From the IMG/VR virus record IMGVR_UViG_2974717242_000001, positions 1 through 18,356 of that record: DNA of 18,356 nucleotides, one strand, 5' to 3'. The first letter of the stretch is position 1. Each line of letters begins with the position of its first letter. Below, in pieces: positions 1 to 4,589 of this stretch. Origin of the DNA: Bongovirus reindeer. Lineage: Duplodnaviria > Heunggongvirae > Uroviricota > Caudoviricetes > Vilmaviridae. The notes under the pieces were generated by a model. It was given only the letters and a program-made list of their open reading frames with translations. It was not told the origin of the DNA and made no database searches. The position numbers and the translations under genes were made by a program.

Positions 1-171
1 ATCGGCGCCTCTCTCCCCGAGGATTTTGGGCCGAATGACTCTGATTTCATTTTGCTGATATGATGGAGGGGGGTTTGGGGGGTGGCCTTATTGGATCCCC
101 AAGTGCAGGTCGAAGCGACAATGAGCTTCCGAACTGCGGTTCGGGCCTCGGTTGAGGGGTTTGCTGTATGT
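1..171. other. Non-coding region, probably adjacent to the left physical genome end (cos-proximal)
   Basis: No credible ORF. G-rich tract at 65-85, a small inverted repeat CCGAAC-tgcg-GTTCGG at 129-144 and a CAGGTCGA..GCGACA motif. It lies beyond the terminator of the leftward operon and a few kb left of the terminase genes. That this is the terminus is inference. Confidence 0.45.
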
Positions 172-224
172 AAAAAACCCCAGGTCGAGTGCGACAAAAC
201 TGCTGGTCGCACCTCCCTGGGGTT
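172..224 (-). terminator. Intrinsic terminator of the leftward operon
   Basis: The minus strand reads AACCCCAGG-gag-GTGCGAC-(10 nt loop)-GTCGCAC-tcga-CCTGGGG-TTTTTT. This is a long GC-rich interrupted stem followed directly by a U6 tract, starting 14 nt after the stop of the 239-541 gene. Confidence 0.85.
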
Positions 225-238
225 GGCCGGGATGTGGG

Positions 239-541
239 TCAGGCTGGTGTGAGCGTCAGGTAGGTCGTTTTGACGTACTTGGCGTTGGGCGTGACGGTCA
301 TGTAGCCGGTTGAGCCTTCGCCGACGACGATCTCGTTTTGAATTGGCGTCTCGCAGTTGGGGTTTGGGCATAGCGCCCAGGCCCCTTCTTCCCATCCGAC
401 GACTTTGTACATGTAGTCGCCGGGGGTGATGTCGACGCCGACGCGGTACATCGCTGTCCTGGCTTCTGCTGTGGGGGCGAGTGCGATGGCTGCGGTGGCC
501 GCGATGGGTGCGGCGATGAGTGCGAAGAGTTTGGTTCTCAT
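239..541 (-). CDS. Secreted protein of unknown function (100 aa)
   Basis: Classic Sec signal peptide (MRTK, Ala-rich H-region, AEA cleavage motif). The mature part has a YRVGVDITPGDY motif typical of actinobacterial exported proteins and a CPNPNC Cys pair. Phage-like codon bias. Confidence 0.85.
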   Translation of the reverse strand: MRTKLFALIAAPIAATAAIALAPTAEARTAMYRVGVDITPGDYMYKVVGWEEGAWALCPNPNCETPIQNEIVVGEGSTGYMTVTPNAKYVKTTYLTLTPA

Positions 542-570
542 GGGCTTTCAGGGTAGATGGGTGGCTGTAG

Positions 571-819
571 ATGGCTGTTTGCAAGGTTGAGGGTTGCGGC
601 CGTCGCGTGTCGGGTCGCGGGTGGTGCAGTACGCATTATCGGTGGTGGCGTGAGAATAAGCCGATGGATCGGCCGGTTCGGCGTTATCAGCGGTATGAGG
701 AGGGGCCGGATGGCAGCTGTGTGATTGCCGCGATCCGGCCCCGGCGAGGACTGGGCAGGGAGCCCTTCGCTAAGGAGCGGTCTCTCCTCCAGGAGCTTGG
801 TCTCGGGAGGGGTGGATGA
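571..819 (+). CDS. Small Cys/His zinc-finger protein resembling the N-terminus of actinophage HNH endonucleases (82 aa); possibly a truncated HNH
   Basis: CKVEGC-x8-WCSTHYR matches the CxxxGC...GxCxxHY motif common ahead of HNH domains. A GGTGG SD-like sequence lies 6 nt upstream. No HNH catalytic motif follows. Overlaps the 3' end of the opposite-strand 770-1201 gene by 50 nt. Confidence 0.65.
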   Translation: MAVCKVEGCGRRVSGRGWCSTHYRWWRENKPMDRPVRRYQRYEEGPDGSCVIAAIRPRRGLGREPFAKERSLLQELGLGRGG

Positions 820-1201
820 TCCACTCGGAGCGGACTGCGTTCATCCGCTCGTAGAGGTCTATGACGGCGTCGTGGACGGGGTGTGAGTCGCCTGCTTCGT
901 CGGCGGGCCCGGTGACGACGATGGTGCCGTGGAAGTTGTCGAGGCCTTCCATCTCGGGTTGCAGTTTCCACCAGAGGTACGTTGCCATGGGGTTGGTCGG
1001 CAAACCGAGGAGCTTGCCTTCTTCGTTGCACCAGAAGGTGGCGTGTGTGGTGGTTACTGCCTCGATGTGACCACCGAGCAGTTCGCGCATGGCAGGCAGG
1101 GTTTGATCGATCATGCGTACTTCCCGCGTGCCTTCTGGCGTGATGATTAACGCGCGTATTGACGGTGCTGTCACGGTTGCACTGTAGCCTGTCGTGGTCA
1201 T
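770..1201 (-). CDS. DUF3846-family protein (143 aa)
   Basis: LLGGHIEAV...WCNEEGKLLGLPTNPMAT...GTIVVTG fits the DUF3846 signature as recalled. Strong SD (GAAGGAGG) and ATGA coupling to the upstream gene. Confidence 0.85.
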   Translation of the reverse strand: MTTTGYSATVTAPSIRALIITPEGTREVRMIDQTLPAMRELLGGHIEAVTTTHATFWCNEEGKLLGLPTNPMATYLWWKLQPEMEGLDNFHGTIVVTGPADEAGDSHPVHDAVIDLYERMNAVRSEWIIHPSRDQAPGGETAP

Positions 1202-1506
1202 GAAATCCTCCTTCGTTGTCGGGGCCTGTGCCCAGTTACTTCTAAAAGCCTTAGCTCACTCCTCTCTGATGGCGTTAGCGTTCCGCCACCTTTGAAAAGA
1301 TAGCCGTCAGCGTAGCTGTAGCGACTGCCCTTTGTCTCCCCCGTGCGTGCATTGATCTGTAAGAATCTTTCAGTAGAACATCTAATACAGACAAGCCCCT
1401 GGATGTAGGCCCCTCTCTCTTTCTTAACTGTGGTGTAATCCCAGGCGTGACCGAAAACACGGCACATACGGTGTTGGGGCTTAACCACTCGGTCTTCGTC
1501 ACTCAT
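1198..1506 (-). CDS. Putative Zn-binding protein, C-x3-GH-x-W...CxxC (DUF1660-like), 102 aa
   Basis: Start re-called to ATG at 1506, which overlaps the lsr2 stop (ATGAGTGA). Contains CRVFGHAW...CIRC and a basic C-terminus RPRQRRR. Low GC with A-ending codons (AGA, TTA, GCA). Confidence 0.75.
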   Translation of the reverse strand: MSDEDRVVKPQHRMCRVFGHAWDYTTVKKERGAYIQGLVCIRCSTERFLQINARTGETKGSRYSYADGYLFKGGGTLTPSERSELRLLEVTGHRPRQRRRIS

Positions 1507-1876
1507 TTTGCGAGTTCTTCCAAGCTTCAATGACAGTCGGGGAGATATACCCACGCTTGGCGACCTTAAACCCATGCTTGGGGCCCCATTCGCGCACCGC
1601 CCTCCGCTGCTCCTTTGTCAAGGTCATGGACACGTGAACAGACGATTCCGGCTCATTAGGGGCGACGCTGGGCTTCTTCTTCGTACTCTTAGACCACCTT
1701 TTCTTTTCGTGCGCGACACTCAGCCACTTGTCAAGGATCCGCTCTAGCTCTTCTGCGTGCTCTTCTGTCAGGTCGATCTCATACAAAAAGCCTCGGTAGC
1801 CGATGACTTCGGTTACCGAGGCTTCTTTTGTTGGATCTAGGTCGTCTGTCGTTAGCACAATGACTTGACGCGCCAC
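1499..1876 (-). CDS. lsr2: Lsr2-like nucleoid-associated/DNA-bridging protein (125 aa)
   Basis: The N-terminal dimerisation domain (MARQVIVLTTDDLD...YEIDL...L..W) and C-terminal DNA-binding domain (EQRRAVREWGPKHGFKVAKRGYISPTVIEAW) align by eye to mycobacterial Lsr2. GTG start with a GAAAGGG SD. Confidence 0.93.
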   Translation of the reverse strand: MARQVIVLTTDDLDPTKEASVTEVIGYRGFLYEIDLTEEHAEELERILDKWLSVAHEKKRWSKSTKKKPSVAPNEPESSVHVSMTLTKEQRRAVREWGPKHGFKVAKRGYISPTVIEAWKNSQNE

Positions 1877-1883
1877 TTCGTCT

Positions 1884-1909
1884 ACCCTTTCTCCCCCGCG
1901 AGAAAGAAC
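1884..1909 (-). promoter_or_regulatory. RNA hairpin that includes the lsr2 Shine-Dalgarno sequence
   Basis: The mRNA reads GUU-CUUUCUC-gcgggg-GAGAAAG-GGU, giving 7 Watson-Crick plus 3 G.U pairs. The 3' arm contains the GAAAGGG SD, 8 nt before the GTG. Confidence 0.45.
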
Positions 1910-1966
1910 CCTACCGAAGTGGACTGGACGCTCGCACGTCCTATGGCTGGCGAGTTGTTGGGCTTC

Positions 1967-2200
1967 TCACTTGGCTCTGTCCCAGTCGCATGAGGGCCCG
2001 CCGTTCTCTGCGCGGGTGCTCTCGTACACGCAGAGCACCTTGCGGCCATCCGGCAGGTCGACGTAGTGCGGCTGTGCGCTGCCGGAAAAGCCACGGGTGA
2101 GGGCGTCGTCGCCGGGGGCTGGGGATGCTTCGCAGGCCACCGTCATGGCCCCGACGGGGATGAGGAAGATGGCTGCGAGGGTGGCTTTGAGTTTGGTCAT
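1967..2200 (-). CDS. Putative lipoprotein (77 aa)
   Basis: Start re-called to ATG at 2200 (SD GAAAGGA). MTKLK, a hydrophobic H-region and the lipobox MTVA-C23. Two further Cys (VLCV, PSCDW) could form a disulfide. Confidence 0.8.
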   Translation of the reverse strand: MTKLKATLAAIFLIPVGAMTVACEASPAPGDDALTRGFSGSAQPHYVDLPDGRKVLCVYESTRAENGGPSCDWDRAK

Positions 2201-2225
2201 GGTTTCCTTTCGGCGGCCTGTCCGC

Positions 2226-2492
2226 TCATTGCTCGCCGCTGGTGCTGGCGATCTCTTCCCAGTGGTCGGCGAACTCCTTGGCCTCTTTGAGGGTGTCGGC
2301 CATGTAGATGGTGGCCAGCGGGATGCCTGGCTTGGGTCTGACGAAGAGCCGCCATCCGACTGGGGTGAAGTCGTCGGTTTTCCGCTTCTGACGGATGACG
2401 TAGAGGACATCTGGGTTGCGGGTAGGGGAGGCGTGGTAGACGCTGAAGCCTGGGTTGTCTTTAGAGACGTTGTGCCACTTTAGGTTTCCCAT
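2226..2492 (-). CDS. Hypothetical protein (88 aa)
   Basis: Start re-called to ATG at 2492 (SD AAGGAGAAGG), with a 13-nt overlap with the upstream gene. Globular-looking sequence ending in a TLKEAKEFA helix. Confidence 0.75.
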   Translation of the reverse strand: MGNLKWHNVSKDNPGFSVYHASPTRNPDVLYVIRQKRKTDDFTPVGWRLFVRPKPGIPLATIYMADTLKEAKEFADHWEEIASTSGEQ

Positions 2493-2776
2493 ACCTTCTC
2501 CTTGAGCCATTCCTTAACCTGATCGGTGCGCCGCTGCTCATCCCACAGCTCATGTGCGGCGACGCGCACGACGTGGGCGAACTGCTCCTCGGTATGAAGG
2601 CTGTGGGTAGTGAGCCTGCGGGACGAAACGGGCACCTGACCGCGCTCCAGCGTCACCAGCACTTCCTTCGCGGAGGAGGTGATCGGGTAGACCTTGCAGT
2701 CATACTCGGGCGGCATCTCGGGCATCTTGTGGTACGGCTTGATGGCGAACCAGCTGCCCGATTCTCGCTTGCTCAT
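2480..2776 (-). CDS. Hypothetical protein (98 aa)
   Basis: Start re-called to ATG at 2776 (MSKRESGSWF...) by ATGA coupling to the 2773-3060 gene. The ORF-track extension to 3172 is low-complexity. Confidence 0.78.
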   Translation of the reverse strand: MSKRESGSWFAIKPYHKMPEMPPEYDCKVYPITSSAKEVLVTLERGQVPVSSRRLTTHSLHTEEQFAHVVRVAAHELWDEQRRTDQVKEWLKEKVWET

Positions 2777-3060
2777 GACCACTCCGTGGAGACTTGGGGA
2801 AGGATTTCCGGCCACATCCCATCTCCGACTGGGCCGTCGTCTGGGATGGTGATGGTGAGGATCCGGATGTCGCGGACTTGATGGTCTGGGGTGTGGGACT
2901 GCCGGTGGAGGTCGGAGCGCATCGCTTGGTCGCGGTAGTTTTCGGCCGCTCCCTTGCGTGTGTAGGCCCGTGTCTTCTCGGCTGTCCAGCTGTGGGCCCC
3001 GATTGCGGTGCGCGGCTTGCCGTCCCGGTATTCGACCAGGATGCTGACCTGTTGGCTCAC
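2773..3060 (-). CDS. Hypothetical protein (95 aa), paralogue of 3284-3514
   Basis: GTGA coupling to the upstream gene. Shares RxY..G.A...R and D[IV]RIL..TI.DDG.V motifs with the 3284-3514 product. Confidence 0.78.
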   Translation of the reverse strand: MSQQVSILVEYRDGKPRTAIGAHSWTAEKTRAYTRKGAAENYRDQAMRSDLHRQSHTPDHQVRDIRILTITIPDDGPVGDGMWPEILPQVSTEWS

Positions 3061-3257
3061 AGAGAGCGCACCATTTCCGCAACATGGTAGATGAGGGATT
3101 CGGCGTTGCTGATCTGTTGCCGCCGCGCCTCCTTGATGTCTTCGCGGTTGTCGAAGGCGATGTCTTCGGCACTGGTCAGCGCGACCTGCGCCTGATCGAG
3201 GCGGTCGACTGCTTCCTTGAGCAGCTTCTTGATTTCCTTCTTGGGGCTCGTGGCCAT
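3057..3257 (-). CDS. Small alpha-helical hypothetical protein (66 aa)
   Basis: Start re-called to ATG at 3257 (SD CGGAGGA). Heptad-like amphipathic helices and strong phage codon bias. Confidence 0.78.
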   Translation of the reverse strand: MATSPKKEIKKLLKEAVDRLDQAQVALTSAEDIAFDNREDIKEARRQQISNAESLIYHVAEMVRSL

Positions 3258-3283
3258 GGTGTCCTCCGATTTGGTGGTGGTGT

Positions 3284-3514
3284 TCAGCTGATCCATTCCG
3301 ATGTGACGGTGCCGTCGTCGTGGATCGTGGTGCGCAGGATGCGTACGTCGTGGGTCTGGTTGCGGCGCTTCAGCGCGTTGGCGAAACGGCTGCGGTGCTG
3401 GCGGGCCATGCCAAGGATTCCGTAGGACCGCACGTCCCGGTTCCTGTACGAGCTGCCCAGCGACAGGCTCGGGTTGGGGGCAAAGTTCACAAGGGTGTGC
3501 ATCGTCGCAGCCAT
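3284..3514 (-). CDS. Hypothetical basic protein (76 aa), paralogue of 2773-3060
   Basis: Start re-called to ATG at 3514 by TGATG coupling with the upstream gene. Shares motifs with 2773-3060. Confidence 0.75.
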   Translation of the reverse strand: MAATMHTLVNFAPNPSLSLGSSYRNRDVRSYGILGMARQHRSRFANALKRRNQTHDVRILRTTIHDDGTVTSEWIS

Positions 3515-3816
3515 CAAGCACCTTCCTCTTGGCTTCGTGAAACCGATTGCTGGGCAATAGGGTTGAGAACAAGATCCTTGTAGTCCTTCTTGGCCATCAG
3601 GTATCGGATGGCCTTCTTCCCGGTCGGGAACCACTGGATGTGTTCCGACGTGATGTCGGCCCCTGGTGGCAGTACGAACCACGACATGCCCTCCGGTGGG
3701 GTTACCCGAGACTCCAGGCCTCCCATCATCGGGCTCCACTTCGCGCACATCCAGTGATCCCAGGCGGCTTGGAACCTGCCGGGGGTGCCCGGTGGGGCGT
3801 ACTCGGTTGCGGTCAT
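3514..3816 (-). CDS. Hypothetical protein (100 aa), first gene of the leftward operon
   Basis: Trp/Pro-rich ORF coupled to the next gene. No SD, but a TAGAGT hexamer 6 nt upstream suggests a leaderless transcript. Confidence 0.75.
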   Translation of the reverse strand: MTATEYAPPGTPGRFQAAWDHWMCAKWSPMMGGLESRVTPPEGMSWFVLPPGADITSEHIQWFPTGKKAIRYLMAKKDYKDLVLNPIAQQSVSRSQEEGA

Positions 3817-3822
3817 GGCGAA

Positions 3823-3851
3823 ACTCTACGACGGCAGAACTGGTGATCACA
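3823..3851 (-). promoter_or_regulatory. Candidate leftward SigA-type promoter producing a leaderless mRNA
   Basis: The minus strand has TAGAGT (TANNNT) followed by 6 nt and then the ATG at 3816. The -35 position (TGTGAT) is non-consensus and overlaps the palindrome GTGATCAC. Confidence 0.4.
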
Positions 3852-3883
3852 GGACACTTGTTAAGTGGGTCTAATGAATTTGC

Positions 3884-3892
3884 TGATAAACT
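3884..3892 (+). promoter_or_regulatory. Candidate rightward extended -10 promoter for the virion operon
   Basis: TGaTAAACT matches TGnTANNNT, sits in an AT-rich patch and lies just upstream of a perfect SD (AGGAGGT, 3899-3905). Confidence 0.45.
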
Positions 3893-3912
3893 GGGTGCAG
3901 GAGGTACCTCTC

Positions 3913-4236
3913 TTGCCCACTCCGTCGATCAATAAAGCACGCCTTGAGAATTGCCCCCCAATCTGGGAGGCGCTTTCCCTTGAGGACGTGAAGCAACTGT
4001 TGCGAGCGGATGTCCAAGAGTTGGCCCACCTATATCAGAGACAGGCCGAGGACGCGGCCGAGGCGAAGGCTTCCGGTCGGCAGCCGAACTATCGGATCCG
4101 TTCCCTCATTCGAGCCTGGGAGCGCACACAGGACGCGCATTGGTCCTGGTATGAGGAGATCAGTAGTCATGCCCGCAATTCAGCCACCCGAGGGGCTCCG
4201 CGCCTGGGGCCAGCAGCTGTGGGACACAGTAACTGA
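3913..4236 (+). CDS. Hypothetical helical protein upstream of terS (107 aa)
   Basis: Start re-called to TTG at 3913, 7 nt after AGGAGGT and in frame with the track ORF 3865-4236. Helical, charged sequence. Overlaps terS by 68 nt. Confidence 0.6.
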   Translation: MPTPSINKARLENCPPIWEALSLEDVKQLLRADVQELAHLYQRQAEDAAEAKASGRQPNYRIRSLIRAWERTQDAHWSWYEEISSHARNSATRGAPRLGPAAVGHSN

Positions 4237-4564
4237 GCACACCTCGTTTGACCCGGCTGGGTATTACATCCTGGCCGAAGCCTGCCGCACGGCAGACATC
4301 ATTGAGCGTCTCAGCGGCGCTCTGCGGGCTGGTAGCTCCCAGTGGGTCAGCCTGGCAGACGAAATCGTTGAGGCCGTTCAAATTTCGGGCGTTGATGTTG
4401 CCGAGATCAATCTCGTCGTCAACCCCATCCTGGGTGAGATCCGCCAGCAGCGGCTCGCCCTTCGCCAGCTTCTGGCACAACTCAAACTCGGTAAGACCGA
4501 GGCGGAAACGGTAGAGGACGACCCCATCGCGAAGTTGATGGCCGAGTTCTCAACTCCGGATTAA
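4169..4564 (+). CDS. terS: Terminase small subunit (131 aa)
   Basis: Start re-called to ATG at 4169 (SD GAGGAG). PPEGL...GQQLW...LAEACRTAD...NP.L.EIRQQR...L..L pattern of actinophage TerS, directly upstream of terL. Confidence 0.85.
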   Translation: MPAIQPPEGLRAWGQQLWDTVTEHTSFDPAGYYILAEACRTADIIERLSGALRAGSSQWVSLADEIVEAVQISGVDVAEINLVVNPILGEIRQQRLALRQLLAQLKLGKTEAETVEDDPIAKLMAEFSTPD

Positions 4565-4589
4565 TTTTTCAGTTAGGACGGTTGGGCCC

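Noticed and set aside
687-3172. Longer ORF-track versions or alternatives of left-arm genes (687-1031, 1275-1502, 1882-2094, and N-terminal extensions to 1575, 2410 and 3172)
   Set aside because: They overlap better-supported genes. Shorter starts have clear SD sequences or stop/start coupling, and the extensions are Arg/Pro/Ser-rich noise.
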